The translations under genes and the position numbers were made by a program. A stretch of DNA of 64,000 nt from the human T2T-CHM13v2.0 reference genome, Homo sapiens. Of the stretch, positions 44,961 to 58,971 are shown in pieces. Position 1 is the stretch's first letter. Each line of letters starts with the position of its first letter. The notes under the pieces are model-generated. The model searched no databases. It was not told the origin of the DNA and saw nothing but the letters and a program-made list of their open reading frames with translations. The stretch lies in assembly GCF_009914755.1 (NCBI RefSeq), contig NC_060947.1. One strand, 5' to 3'.

Positions 44961-45533
44961 GAGAGGAATTCTTTTGTGGTTGAGAAGAGGTCCAGCTCCA
45001 TGACAAGCTGATACAATGGTGGTATATGTTCTCAAGGAATAGGGGAGGTTGAAAACTCCTTGAGTGGCTTATACAGAGGCAGTGTGGCATTCAGGTTCTA
45101 GGCTGAAAGGCACACTAACCTAGGCAAGATTGGCCAGCAATTCTGTGTGTCTGGTGTGTCATCTGAGGCATTTAATACAGACAGCAGAGCTGATGGAGCA
45201 GCGAACCTCACTGGAAAACCTGGCCCACCAGTCACAGATGTAGAGAAAGTGGCTACTCATAGGGTACAATCAGACGCATGTTAGAGAGGTCTCTGTTTCC
45301 AAACATACCTCCACCCTTTCAACATCAGAGTCTAGGGTCTCTTATTTATCTGACAAGAACTTATGTGTGAAGCACTTTTCTAAGCATTTACAAATAACAA
45401 CTTAGTGAATCCGCACAACAACCCTGTGAGGTAAGTTCTATACTTATCCCATTTTTACGGATGAAGAAATGGAGGCAGAGAAAGGCTAAGTACCTTCCTC
45501 AATTGCACATAGTTATAAGAAGTAGAGCCCAGA

Positions 45534-45542
45534 GTCAAGTAT

Positions 45543-45588
<46 letters not shown>
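45534..45588 (+). repeat. (AAT)n tract flanked by a 17-bp direct repeat, within a MIR
   Basis: AAGAAGTAGAGCCCAGA at 45517-45533 and 45589-45605 brackets gtcaagtatt(ata/aat)~15. Confidence 0.9.
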
Positions 45589-45590
<2 letters not shown>

Positions 45591-45653
45591 GAAGTAGAGC
45601 CCAGACTCTAACTCTGCTGTCTCCAGTGTCCATGCTTTTAGCATTTACACGTA

Positions 45654-45834
45654 GGCACTGGCCAACTACAGTGTGAGCCAAATCCTGCCTACAGCCTGTT
45701 TCTGTATATTTTTGTACTTTTCTATAGGATTGTTTTAAAAGAAAAGAAAAACATGCAACATGCACCTAGTTTGGCCCATAAAGCCTAAACTATTTACTGT
45801 CTGTCCCTTCACTGAAAAAGTTTATCATCCCCTG
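45654..45834. mobile_element. MER58A-type hAT MITE
   Basis: ggccaactacagtgtgagccaaatcc...aagcctaaactatttactgtctg..gaaaaagttt..cccctg. Confidence 0.7.
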
Positions 45835-46733
45835 CTTAACACTATAAAATGGGCAAGACTACACCTCTAATTCGTTTGTGGGTAGATCAAATGATGTAAT
45901 TTATAGGAAGTGTTGGTAGGTATTCAAAAAATAACAGATTTTATGATTAATTTTATACTCCTTCTGCCATTAGCTCTTTGCTTCCTGCACTCTCCCCCAA
46001 AGGAATTCCTCTTAGATTTGACTCATTCCCAGCCCTCATGTTTCCCTCAGCCTTTCCTGAAAAGTTATTATAGACAGCCATACCAATCATTATTTGTTGA
46101 ACATATACATTAAAAGAATAAGTTAGTAGGAATTTCAGTAGCTTTAAAATACCTAAGTGAAATGGATGAAGCAAGTAGGTTCTAACTAAGGAAGTCTTGG
46201 CAATAAATGCTCAATAAGCCACTAGATGTTTTTCCCAAATGGCAATTGTAGAGTTAGCAAATAAATATATAATGGGTTATGTCCCCTAAAAGGTAAAATT
46301 TGAAATCAGCATTAAAATTTTTTAAAGCAAGTAATCTTTCATTTGGTTATTAGATATAAGGAAAAATTATAGAACATCAGAACCTGAAGACTCCATAGAA
46401 ATTCTCTAGGCAAATACCTCAGATTAAAGATTGGAAACGTGAATCCCAGAGACCGAAAGATACTTGCACATGGCCACACAGCAAATTGAGCTAGAATCTT
46501 GTTCTCCTAATGTAGTGTTCTTTCCATTACACCAGTGCTTGGAAACTAGTTATGTGGGGCTGGATTCTATGTTTAGTTTGTCCCACATAATGTAAAAATG
46601 AAGTTGATCCATTATTTAAAGAGCAAAATATTACATAAGAAAATCTGGATTTCCAGATTCCATTGAAGAAAATCAGAAGATCTGGCCATTTAGGAAAATC
46701 AACTAGAACTGGGTAGTGGCTGGCTTCATTTAG

Positions 46734-47141
<408 letters not shown>

Positions 47142-47792
47142 TAAGATTTTGCAGTTGACCTTCCCTGCCCTACAACTTGCAGCGTTTTCCCAAACAAGGG
47201 GTGAAAGCTTCCTTCTAAGGGTTCCCAGGAGGACCATGGGCTGAGGCATCATAGCCATGGACTATGGTAAGACACTAGTTTTTCATTCTTGATAGTTGTG
47301 GTAGAGAGACTACCAGTTACCTACTGAAAATCAAATTTCCCTGAAAGCTGTCATGCACCATTTTTGTTTTTCCCACTGTTTGCAATGGGGATATGATAAC
47401 TGGAGCTCCACCAGCCATCTTGTGACCTTCAGGATAAAAACCATGGTATGAAGTTACCATACCAACCCTGAACAGCCTATCTCTAGATCTTTTTTACATA
47501 ATATAAAAATAAATGTCTGCCTCATTTAGGCCACATTTATATCCCATTTCTGTTACTAGCAGTCAAATGTAATTCCTAATATATAAAACAAGCATAAAAG
47601 TTCTTGGCCTTGGGGTGGTAAAAATAATTAAATCATATAACTACTTAACCTCTGCATGCTTCAGTCTCCTTGTACGTAAAGTGGAAGTAGTAATACTGTC
47701 TACTTCAGAGGATTATTATATGAGTTTGATACATATGAGGATTAAATAAATTTAATACATAAAAAGTACTTAGAATAGTGCCTGATGCAGGG

Positions 47793-48320
47793 TGTGGTAG
47801 TTATAATAAAGACCCCCTCCCCCATCCACCAAACATATTCACATACCACTAATCCCTAGAAACTGTGAATATGTTAGGTTACATGGCAAAAGGGGCATGG
47901 GGAATTAGAGTAGCAGATGGGATTAAAGTTGCTAATCAGTGACCTTAAAATAGGGAGATTATCCTGGATCACCCAGGGGACACAATGTAATTGCAAAGGT
48001 GCTTAAATGTGAAGGAAGCAGCAGAGTTAGTTTCAGAGTACTGCAGTGTGAGAAAGACTTGCCTAGCCATTGATGGCTTTGAAGATGGAAGGGAGCCATG
48101 AGTCAAGGAATGCTAGCAGCCTCTAGAAGCTTGAAAAAGCAGGAAAGTTCCTCCTCTAGAGCCTCCAGAAAAGAATGCAATCCTGTTGACAACTTAATTT
48201 TAGCCACTGAGATAAATTTTGGAATTTTGACTTCCAGAATTGTAAGATAATAAATGTTTGTTGTTTTAAGCCATCAAATTTGTGGCAATTTCTTCAGGAA
48301 CAATAGGAAACTAATATACA
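47793..48320 (+). mobile_element. MLT1D-type LTR inserted in a MIR
   Basis: tgtggtag...gaccttaaaatagggagattatcctggat...gcaataggaaactaatataca. Confidence 0.8.
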
Positions 48321-48499
48321 TGGTAAATGCTCTATAAATGAAAAATATAAAACTAAATAATTCAATCTAAGTTTGTATTTGCAGAAAAGAATGAAGACAT
48401 TTTTCATTTGATATTTGCAAACTAGTCCCATTTTATAGCTGGGAAAACTAAGGTTCAGAAACAAGTAATGACTTACCTAAATTCAGCCAGTGAGTTAGC

Positions 48500-48720
48500 A
48501 GCAGGGTGCTTTCTCCTTACTTGCTACCAGCAACTGCCTGGCTACCCTGTAACTTGCATCTCCAGCTCCAGCAGTGGCAATTTTGCAGACAGACGCCCAC
48601 ATCTGCTGTAACTAAAGTGTGATAATTGGTTGCTAAGCCATGCAATCGGTTGCTAGGCTCCTTTCCCCCTTTCAGGCTCCAACACACTTCAGCAACTGGA
48701 AGTTAATAATCTGCCAGCAA
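48500..48720 (-). promoter_or_regulatory. Candidate RFX (X-box) regulatory cluster / distal promoter
   Basis: GTTGCTAAG at 48629-37, GTTGCTAGG at 48649-57, near-palindromic CTTGCT-ACC-AGCAAC at 48520-34, inverted CCAAT at 48625, and minus-strand donor CAA|GTAAGG at 48521/48520, in non-repeat DNA. Confidence 0.5.
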
Positions 48721-50657
48721 ATTAAATTTGGTGAAAAGATCAGACAGCATGTTAATCGAGAACCAGGCAATCCAGGCTCATCTCAGAGGACTGTGTGAGC
48801 TTCTACCAAGTACACTCCCTGTGTGGGCTGCAGCTTCCATACCAGATACATGAACTCCTGGACCTCCGTGTATCTAAAGGGGGTTAGATACATTTCTTTG
48901 AGCTGCTAACGAATATCTTCATGCCTTTTCCTGAGCATTTCTCTGTCTCAAATGCCCGAAGCTTGCTCGTGTTTCCCAGAGTGTTGTAATTAAAGGGGTG
49001 ATTATAGATGGGTGGCAGAGGCCTTATTGCATAGGGCAGATGTTCTCACCCCTGGCTGTACATGAGAATCAGCTGGGGAACTTTGCAAAGACCCAGATGC
49101 TGGAGACCCATCCCAAATATTCTAATTTAATTGGTTTGGGTGGGGCCTAGACATGGGTATTAAAATAAAAACAAACACAAAAACTCCCCAGGTAACTCTC
49201 ACATGCAGCCAAAGGTGCTCTCCCCTGAGCACTGCTGGAGAAGTCAATCAGCAAAGAGACCTGGAGCACAAAGCCCAACTTTGCTACTTACTATTTGTGC
49301 AACCCTGGTAAATTGCTCAAATCCTCTGGGCTATAGCTTCCCTGTCTATAAAACACGGAAGACAATACCCCCATAGCATAACACTGCCACAGGGATTAAA
49401 TGAGTTAGTACACATAAAGCACTTAGGAACGAGCTGTGTCCGGGCAAGTGAAATTATTGATTTGTAGCACTTAGAACTGCTCCTAGCAGTACTCAACAAA
49501 TGCTAGCTATTATTACAGTAACAACACATTTAATAGATGTTTATTTTTAATGTGTATTTAAGAACAGATAACTAAATCAATTTACAGCACTAGAATAAAG
49601 CTCTCTTTTTAAATTATTTAACTTTCCAAAATTGAGTCACTTTAGGGAAAATAGTATGCAAAATGATGTCTGTAAATGACAGAAATTATTGTGTTTGAAA
49701 AACAGTGACCTAACCTCTTCCCATCCTTCCTCTCCTCACTAACTCCGTATTCCCAATCCTACGTCTTTTTCCAAGCCCAGAATAGCATAGTTGCCACCTT
49801 CACTGGAAAACCCCCTCCAATTTCCTCACCTGGAAATATGTTTCTCCTCCTCTGGATTCCCAGTTTTTTTTTTTTTTTTCTCTTATATATGCATCTTAAA
49901 CTTGGCCAGTAAAGGCTCTTGAGTTTCACTGGTTTCATTCCCCTCCCCCACCCCATATTCCCCATTTCTTCAACTAGCAGTGCCACCATTCATGTAGTTG
50001 ATGGGGCCAAAATGTAGCAGTAATCCTTGATTTCTCACTTTCCCTCACACTCCCTACCTAGTCTGTCTGCAAAGCCTGTTGTTTTACCTTCCAAATATAT
50101 CCAGTCACTGGCCACTTTCCATCCGCCTTGCTCTAAGTCAACACCCTCTCTCACTTGGATATTACAATAGCCTCCTCACTGAGCTTCTGGCTCCCTTGAC
50201 CCCTACAGACCATTCCACACACAGAAACCAAAGAGCCATTTACGTCATGCCACTGCCTAGCCCAAATCTTTCCAGTACATTCTCATCACAGAATAAAATC
50301 CAAACTCTTTATTATGGCTTCCAAGGCTCTTGCAGGATCCTGCCAACCTCTTTGACTTCATTTGGCTACCACTACCTCCCAACAGCTATAGCCACATGGA
50401 CCTCCTTAAGGGTCTAAAGGGCCTTTGTCCAAAAACCAAAGGAGAGCCATTTAACGAAGTTTGTTTATATTTACATTTCAAACACACTACTGGCTAAAGT
50501 GTGGAGAATAGATACAGAGGGGCTATGAAGGTAGACAGTTGGGAAGGTTTCTCTACCCATAGGCTTGGCTGGAGGAAAGACAAGAGTTCAAATGCCAACT
50601 CCAACACCTACTAGCTTTGTGATGTTGTGTCTCCGCTCTTAAAACTTATGTTATTTG

Positions 50658-51374
50658 GTGGGACTGTAAACTAGTTCAACCACTGTGGAAGTCAGTGTGG
50701 CGATTCCTCAGGGATCTAGAACTAGAAATACCATTTGACCCAGCCATCCCATTACTGGGTATATACCCAAAGGATTATAAATCATGCTGCTATAAAGACA
50801 CATGCACACGTATGTTTATTATAGCGGCACTATTCACAATAGCAAAGACTTGGAACCAACCCAAATGTCCAACAATGATAGACTGGATTAAGAAAATGTG
50901 GCACATATACACCGTGGAATACTATGCAGCCATAAAAATGATGAGTTCATGTCCTTTGTAGGGACATGGATGAAACTGGAAACCATCATTCTCAGCAAAC
51001 TATCGCAAGGACAAAAAACCAAACACCACATGTTCTCACTCATAGGTGGGAATTGAACAATGAGAACACATGGACACAGGAAGGGGAACATCACACACCG
51101 GGGACTGTTGTGGGGTGGGGGGAGGGGGGAGGGATAGCATTAGGAGATATACCTAATGGTAAATGACGAGTTAATGGGTGCAGCACACCAACATGGCACA
51201 TGTATACACATGTAACAAACCTGCACGTTGTGCACATGTACCCTAAAACTTACAGTATAATAATAATAAAATTTTAAAAAAGGAGTAGGAAGTTACACTC
51301 AACCTCTTTGAGAGTAAAATATCTATTATAAATAAATCATTTTGAATTATTCTGCAAAAAAAAAGAAAAAAAAA
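50658..51374 (+). mobile_element. 5'-truncated L1PA4-like element carrying a 3' transduction
   Basis: Young L1 3' end to ~51270, then 74 bp of non-L1 sequence and a second poly-A; TSD AAAACTTATGTTATTTG at 50641-50657/51371-51387. Confidence 0.92.
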
Positions 51375-51679
51375 CTTATGTTATTTGCTTGTAGTAGTAA
51401 CTCATGTAACCTTTCTAATTCTCAATTTCCTTTTGTCAAATGGGGATTTAAAAATACAGTCCCTGACTCTCAGGGTTATTGTCAAGATTAAAGACATTGT
51501 TCATTTGTAATGACTGTTATCACAGTGTCTGATAGTCAGCACTCAATAAATGTTAATTATTTTACCAATCTAGGCTTCAGAAACAGAAAAGAATATAAAG
51601 TGAATGTATTTAGGCAGTAATTTATGAGAGATGAGCACAGTGGACTCTGAGGCCAGACTATCTGAGTTGTGAATCCTTT

Positions 51680-52032
51680 CCCTTCCAAATCCCATGTTGA
51701 AATGTGATCCTCAATGTTGACGGCAGAACCTAGTGGGAGATGTATGGGTCATGGGGGCAGATTCCTCATGAATGGCTCGGTGCCTTCTCCACAGAAATGA
51801 GTTCACAAGAGATCTCGTTGTTAAAAAGAGTCTGGGATCCCCTCTCTTGCTCCTTCTCTAGCCATATGACATGCCTGCTTCCCCTTTGCCTTCTGCCATG
51901 AATAAAAGTTTCTTGGGCCTCAACAGAAGTCAAGCAGTTGCCAGTGTCATGCTTGTACAGCCTGCAGAACTATGAGCCAAAAACTGCCCAGCATCAGGAA
52001 TTCATTTATAGCAACACAAATAGACTAATACA
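51680..52032 (+). mobile_element. MST-type MaLR LTR inserted in a MIR
   Basis: caaatcccatgttgaaatgtgatcc...gcttgtacagcctgcagaac...atagcaacacaaatagactaataca. Confidence 0.8.
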
Positions 52033-53272
52033 CCCTACCATTTACTAGCCCGTAGAACCCTCGTCACAGTATATAACCTCCCAGTGCCTCATTTATCTCA
52101 TGTGTAAATGGGTATGATAACAAATGCACCTATCTCCATAGAGTAGTTGTAAGGATTAAGCGAATTGATATGCATACATTGCTTCGGTGTTTGACCCATA
52201 GTAAATGATGCAATAAACTCAATAAGCATTTAACACGAAAAAATGTTAGCTATTTTCACTACTGTTGTGGTCTGAGGCATGTCTGCCCCATTCTGCTGAG
52301 TCAGTGATTTTATTTGCCCATTTTTTTTTTATCATCATAGATTCAAATTTCTTACAGACTCAACTCATTTCAGTTAGCTGTTAGGTTTTGTTTTCATGTG
52401 TATATGTTTTCGTTTTGTTTTTTCACTTGTCACTATTTGGCCAGTGGGGGCGCTTTTCAGGCTGGATTGTCATTAAACAACAAAATTACCTTACAACTCT
52501 AAAAAGACCCTTTCTGAAAGCTTGTAGCACAGTATTTACAAGTATGCATTCCAAAATCAAACTACCTAGGTTCAGATCCCAGATCTGCCACTTACTGGCT
52601 GTGTGACCTACAGCAAGTGATTTCACCTGTTTGTGCATCAGTGTCACCTCTGTTCAACAAGGTTGAAGATGATACTAGTAATTACCCGCTAGAATTGTTG
52701 TGAGAACTAATTCATGTGAAGCTTACAGAATAGCATCTGACAAGGAGTAACACTACAAAAGTGTCAGCTACCATTATTAAAAACATGTAGCCCAATATAG
52801 ATACTCAGTACATAGTTAGAGTTAATATTACTGTTAGCATTCATACATATATATCATTTTATAATTTTTTACTCATTTTGACATTCATGATCACATCTTA
52901 GTTATACCATGGTCCTGCTGAACAACCAAAAAATAGATTATCAATTCCAGTTTACAGATGGGAAACTAAGGCTTGACTAAACTCTTTATTCACATTTCTC
53001 ATGCTTTACATGGTCATTTAAAAATTTTGCATGAAAATCCCAAAACTCCAATGTAAGATTAGGTGTTGTTTACCACAATGTTATCTTTTAAAGAAAGTTT
53101 TTAAACTAGTAAATTATCTATGATTCCTTTAAGAAAAGTGACTGAATAAAAGTACTCTGACCTTATTATTAAATATCAGCTGTAACCTAACTACATGAAA
53201 GTGTTAAGCTGTAATAGTCAAAAGTAACATGTAGCTGTGAAATCCTTCACTGTATAAGAAATTAAAGGTGTG

Positions 53273-53275
<3 letters not shown>

Positions 53276-53315
<40 letters not shown>

Positions 53316-53329
53316 GAGAGAGAGAGAGA
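53276..53329. repeat. (TG)n-(AG)n compound microsatellite
   Basis: About 18 TG units followed by aaa(AG)7. Confidence 0.95.
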
Positions 53330-56300
53330 CCTCCTAATGTCATCCAGAACGTAGCTTGGTGCCACCCTCCACAGATAATCTCAGATATCTAACTCACTAT
53401 ATAAAGGCCACTAGTCTTATATACACCTTAATTGTCTCAACTTGCATTATAACTATAGCCAAAATCCCACTGAATCCTGTCCCCAGGGAGGGTGCCCCCG
53501 ATACTGCACCCCAACCTCAGAACACTGCATCTTGTATGACTTCTCTTAGCATAGTGCTTTCTCGTCCATTTGGTCCCTCACCTCAGGAGCTATACAGGGT
53601 AAGCATTATTGCATTGCACAGATGAGGAAATGGAGGCCCCCCAAAAGGGGCAGTGATTAGAGCAAGTTCTTAACTTATAACCTATAATCTATGAGCTAGG
53701 CACAATTCTAGCAACTTTATCTGGAGGAGGAGATCATTGAACCCTCACAACAATCCAGTGAGACAGGTATTATTATCATCCCCAATTTATAGACAAAGAT
53801 ACTGATGGTAGAGAGATTAAATATATTGTCTAGATCACACAGATTGGCAGTAACAGAGGCAGGCTCCAAACACAGCAGTTTGTTTTCAGAGCCCACACGC
53901 TTTCACCATTATGTTCACAGCAAGCAAATGACAAGGAGAAAACCAGTGATCTTGCCATGCAATCTGCTCCTGCCATAAGGGGGAAGAAAGGCAGTCTTAT
54001 ATGGCAGCCCTATCAGTGGTATCATAAGAAATGATAAGCCCACGTTGGGGTCCCAAGTAAGCTCTCCTTTCCCCTCCACTGAGAGGCCAAAGGTCTGGAA
54101 GCCATTCCTGACTCTGTCTCACTGGAACACGGGCTGGAGACATGGCACCACCAGGGTCTTGCTAGCTTTCAGTGGGGAAACAGGTACTATGGGACTGGAG
54201 GGGAAAAAGCCAGAAGAGAATGTACTTGGACTCTAGACATTGAATCACCTTGGCCAGTATTTGTGGCCCTTCCAGTTCCCTAGACCCACTATGCCTCTGG
54301 GTTTGGTAGGCCTGACTATAGCTTCAGCAGATCTCTGTGAGAAATTCAGCTCAGAACAGTAAGGACTTGTATGTCTTTTGCCAAGGATCAACACTGGATT
54401 TATTCCCTCGGCGGGACTTGCTAAAATTCTGGTCACTTTATAAATACATACACCAACACAAACACACACACATCATGGAACTAAAGCTCTGTCACTCACC
54501 TCCAGTCTCAAATATGGGAAAATAAAGATCTCTTACCCTTAACCCAGTCAAAAAATCCCCAGTCTGGGATCATTTTCTTACTTTATCAACATCTCCATAC
54601 TGTGTTTCAAATCCCAAGGGCCTGGGAAGTCTTCGGCCTGGCCTGTCAGGGCCTTTCCAGCTCTTTCCTCTCCCGCTCATTTATAAGGTCAAGCTCAAAT
54701 GCCATTTTCCTTCACCTTCCTCTGAGCTTGGACACCTGTCAGGACAGCATTCTGAAGAGGGCTGGAGTTAAATGGAAGGGCAGACAGGTGGGCACAATAT
54801 TCACTGCTCTGACACATCCCTTTTGCTAAATTGTAGTTTAGCCTAAAGCATTCATTAGGTACTATGTCTGTGCCAAGCACCTTGCATGCATTCTCTCATT
54901 TACCCCTCCCCATATGCTGGGAGGTGAGGAGATTGTTTGTAAATATTCCCCCTACTGGAATGTCAGCTCCACAAAGTTAGAGATTTCTGTCTGAAGTGTT
55001 CATTGTTGTATCTCAGGTACATAGAAGAGTACCTGACTGGTATGTGTTCAGTAAACATTTGTGAATAATGAGTTCCATTTTCTAGGTGAGGAAACTAAGG
55101 CTTGGAGAACTTAACTGACTTGCCCAAGGTCACTGGGCTAATATGTAGTGAAATCAAAATTTGAACCGAGGCAGACTAGTCTGGAGCCAATGCTCTTACA
55201 TGCTACCTAAGAAGTGAGGGACTACTGCAGCCCTTACAATCATATTATATATTCATGCAACAAACTACTTCTCTTTCTGTGGCCCTTAACAACATACATT
55301 GGGTCATTTTTTTACTGCCTGTCAGATTCCAGGCCTGCATTCTAAGGCTGTAGGCAATACATTTTCCTTGCCATTTGTTGCAGTGATGCTCTTAGGTTTT
55401 CTAGGCCTCAGATTTTTGCCTGGAGATGCCTCTTGACCTGCTCCCTTCAGTCCTTTGGAGGCTCCATTCCCAATCATCCATCACTTCATCCTTGGACTCT
55501 TGTAAAGAGAAATGATGGCAAGGGCAGCTTCTGATTTCCAGTCTGGGCCTGCCCTTGCCGTGTGACCTTGGGCAAGTCAGTTCTCTTTTCTGATGTCTCC
55601 AGCTCCACAGCTGGGAAGCAGGCAGAAGAAATAGTTTTGTGTCCAGATTTAACAACACAGTATGTAAAAATGATGACTTTTGTATACTAAGTGACAGCTT
55701 AGGAGCAAAAAAAAAAAAAAATAGCCATCATTTCAAAGAAAGGTCAAAAGAAGATTCAAATGAAGAAGTTTAAAATGGGGGTGGGCTGAAGAGGTATCTG
55801 CTGCTAAAAGTCTAAATGGGCCCTCAGCTACTGTAGGTTTCACATGATAAGCTATCTTGCCATTAAGGTCACCATGCATTTTTTTCCAGCATAAATCAGG
55901 TTTTGACCTGCATATTTGGCCTTGTTGCTCTCTGAGCCTCCCCATCCTACTGCTGAGCAGCTGCTGCTAGATGGGGGGAGCTCGTTCAATCCCTCTTTGC
56001 CCCCACCTCCCTATCCCTCTCTGAGAGGTGCTTGCTGAGTTGGGTGCTGAGCATGAAGCAGCTGATAAGCCTAGTCTATAAGCTGACCCAATTTGGAAGA
56101 TTTTTTAAAAACCTGAGAGTGCTGCTTTTTATGCTGCACTACAGCAGTACACAGAGAGACTTGAGCAGAAAGCTTCAACGTTTTCCAAGTCACTCAAGCA
56201 ATATTTATTAGGCACCTGCTGTGAGCCAAACATCGTGTAGAACACTATGATGAGGAAGACTCAGACTCTGCCTAAACACAATCATATTGTGTTAGTGTAT

Positions 56301-57053
56301 GTTTGGAAGAGTGACAAAGGAGATATGTAGTTCTGAGACAGGGTAGAATATGTTAAGTGCTACTGAAGAGATATAAACACAGCCTGAGGAACAAAAGGTC
56401 ATATGGGATGTAAGGGCTTTGTGGAGACTGTGGCCTTTCAGCTAAAAATCTACTTAGGTGAACAAAGGGGAGGACATTATAGAGAACAGGATTGGCACAG
56501 GACAAGGCTCAGAGATTGGGAAAGCAGCTGTTTCTGAGGAGAGAAGCCACTGGCAGATCTGTGCTTGATGATGGTGACTCTTGTATGTCAGACAGGATAG
56601 ACCAGAAGGAGAGGCTAAATGGGAGGCAGGGAGAGCAGCTGGGAGGTTACTGTACCCTTCCAGGTGAGAAGAAATAATGCCATTTGATTAGGGCAGTAGC
56701 AGGGGAGAAGCAGGGCAAGACAAAATCAAGACATCATAAAACTAGAATCTGCAAGACCTTGCAAGTGATAATACAGAGAGAGAAGAGAGGAGGAATTAGA
56801 GAAAACTCTGAGGTTTCATAGCTGCATAACTGGGATGATGGTAAAGCTAATAACCCAGAGGGATCACTCAGGAGGTGAGCCAAGTTTAGGTGAGGTCATA
56901 GCAGTGGTAGAAGGTAAAGCATATTGATTAGGACAGAGATGCTCATGGGATTTGTAGATATACTTAGTCCAGCAGGCAGTTGATATATAGGTCTGACTAT
57001 CAAGAAACAAACTGATACTGATAGTCTTTGGGGGAGAGTCATCAGATGATGAG

Positions 57054-57427
57054 TGTCATGGGGTAAATTGTGTCCCTCCCACAAATTATTATGTTGATAT
57101 AACTCCCAGGACCTCAGAACGTGAACTTATTCAGAAATAGGGCGGCTGCAGATGTCATTAGTTAAGAAAATATGAGATCACCCTGGAGTAGGGTGGGCCC
57201 GTAATCCAATATGACTGGTGTCCTTATAAAAAGGGGAAACTTAAACACAGACACAGATATACACACACACACATACACACACACACACACACACGAAGAA
57301 CACCATGTGAAGATGAAGGCAGAGATCTAGGTGATGCAGCAGAATACAAGGAATGCCCAAGATTTCCAGCAAACCACCAGAAGCTAGGAGAAAGCCATGT
57401 AACAGATACTCCCTCACATCCCTCAGC
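57054..57427 (+). mobile_element. MLT1C-type LTR (3'-truncated) with internal (CA)n
   Basis: tgtcatggggtaaattgtgtccc...taatccaatatgactggtgtccttataaaa...cagcaaaccaccagaagctagg. Confidence 0.8.
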
Positions 57428-58024
57428 AAATGGGAGTTCTAGTGCTGGCTGAGCAATTAACTTATCTCTTCAGGGAGGTCACTTAACTCCATAGCACCAG
57501 AAAACTTGGGGGAAAATTTAAGATGGTGGTATGGGTTATCTTCATGAAGCTTTGGTGGAGTTGGTAAGTTTGTATTCACACTGTGAGGAGATTGCTGTAC
57601 CCCGCCCGCCCGACCCAGGGTTGCCTTTTGCCTCTTTCTGTCTCTCTCATCTGCATTTGCTCTGACAGCCTGGAATAGTACCAGATATGCTTGTCACTAT
57701 TTACTGAGACCTTGTTTTCCTTCCATGCCAATTTCTAATTAGTCCCCAGTTCCAACATCCCTTGACCGTTTTCCTCTTTCCCTTTTGCATGTTCCTGTTA
57801 CCATAACTTGCAATGACTTCCTAGACCATACCCACAATATTCTCAAGGTACCCCAGGCTGGTTCACAGCCCCTCTAGTCCAGATCTCCTTCAGTGGAGAT
57901 TCTGTAAGGGCAGGGCTTGAATGACCAGATGACAGCAAACCCCAAGGCCAAGGAAATTGCCTAACATCCTTGTTTTCCTTAGTAATCTATTATGCTGCTG
58001 TCATTCGACTACTTAGCTCAATCT

Positions 58025-58970
58025 TTTTTATTTTATATTTTTATTCACAGATAAAATTGTTTGTATATGTCATGTAGAGCATGATGTTTTAAAGTATTGT
58101 GGAATGTCTAAATCTAGCCAAATTAACATAACTTTACCTCACACGGTTATAATTTTTGTGGTAAAAGCACTTTATATACACTTTCTTAGCATTTTTCAAG
58201 ATATATTAACTATTGTCACTATGTACTATAATAGATCTTTTGAACCTAATTCCTCCTATCTAACACAAATTTTGTATCTTTTGACCAACATCTCTCCAAC
58301 CACCACCTCCTCAACTGTCCCAGCCCATGGTAACCACCATCCTACTCTCCAGTTCTATGAAAACATTTTTTTAAGGTTCCAAATATAAGTAACATCAAGC
58401 AGTATATGCCTTTCTCTGCCAGGTTTATCTCACTTAACATAATGTCCTCCAGGCTCATTCGTCTTGTGGTAAATGGCAAAATTTCCTTCTGTTTATGGCT
58501 GTATAGTATTCCACTATGTATATATGCCACATTTTCTTTATTCATTCATCCACCCGTAGACACTTAGGTTAATTCCATATTTTGGCTGCAGTAAACATGG
58601 GAGTGCAATTATCTCTTCAACATTACTGATTTTATTTCCTGTGGACATATGCTCAAAAGTGAGATTGCTTGCTCATATAGTACTTCTGTTTTTAATTTTT
58701 TGAGAAACCTCATAAAGATTTCCATAATGGCTGTACTAATTTACATTGCCACCAACAGTATGCAAGGGTTCCTTTTTCTCTATATCCTTGCCAATACTTG
58801 TTTTCTTCTGTATTTTTGATAGTAGCCATTCAAACAGGTGAGAGGTAATATTTTCTTTTGGTTTTAATTTGCATTTCCCTGATTATTAGTGATGCTGACT
58901 ATTTGATCATATAATTTTTGGCCATTAGTATGTCTTCATTTGAGACATTTCTATTCAGACCCTTTGTCCA
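58025..58970 (-). mobile_element. L1MA-type 3' fragment
   Basis: Antisense 3'UTR and ORF2 end (LEDIMLSEIN, GILYSHK). Confidence 0.85.
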
Positions 58971-58971
58971 T

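Noticed and set aside
55640-56200. Unique tract with several TGCTGA (MAF-like) half-sites
   Set aside because: Short motifs only; cannot be supported as an enhancer without conservation or chromatin data.
58324-58335. X-box-like CCATGGTAAC
   Set aside because: Lies in the L1MA 3'UTR, where a similar motif is part of the repeat.
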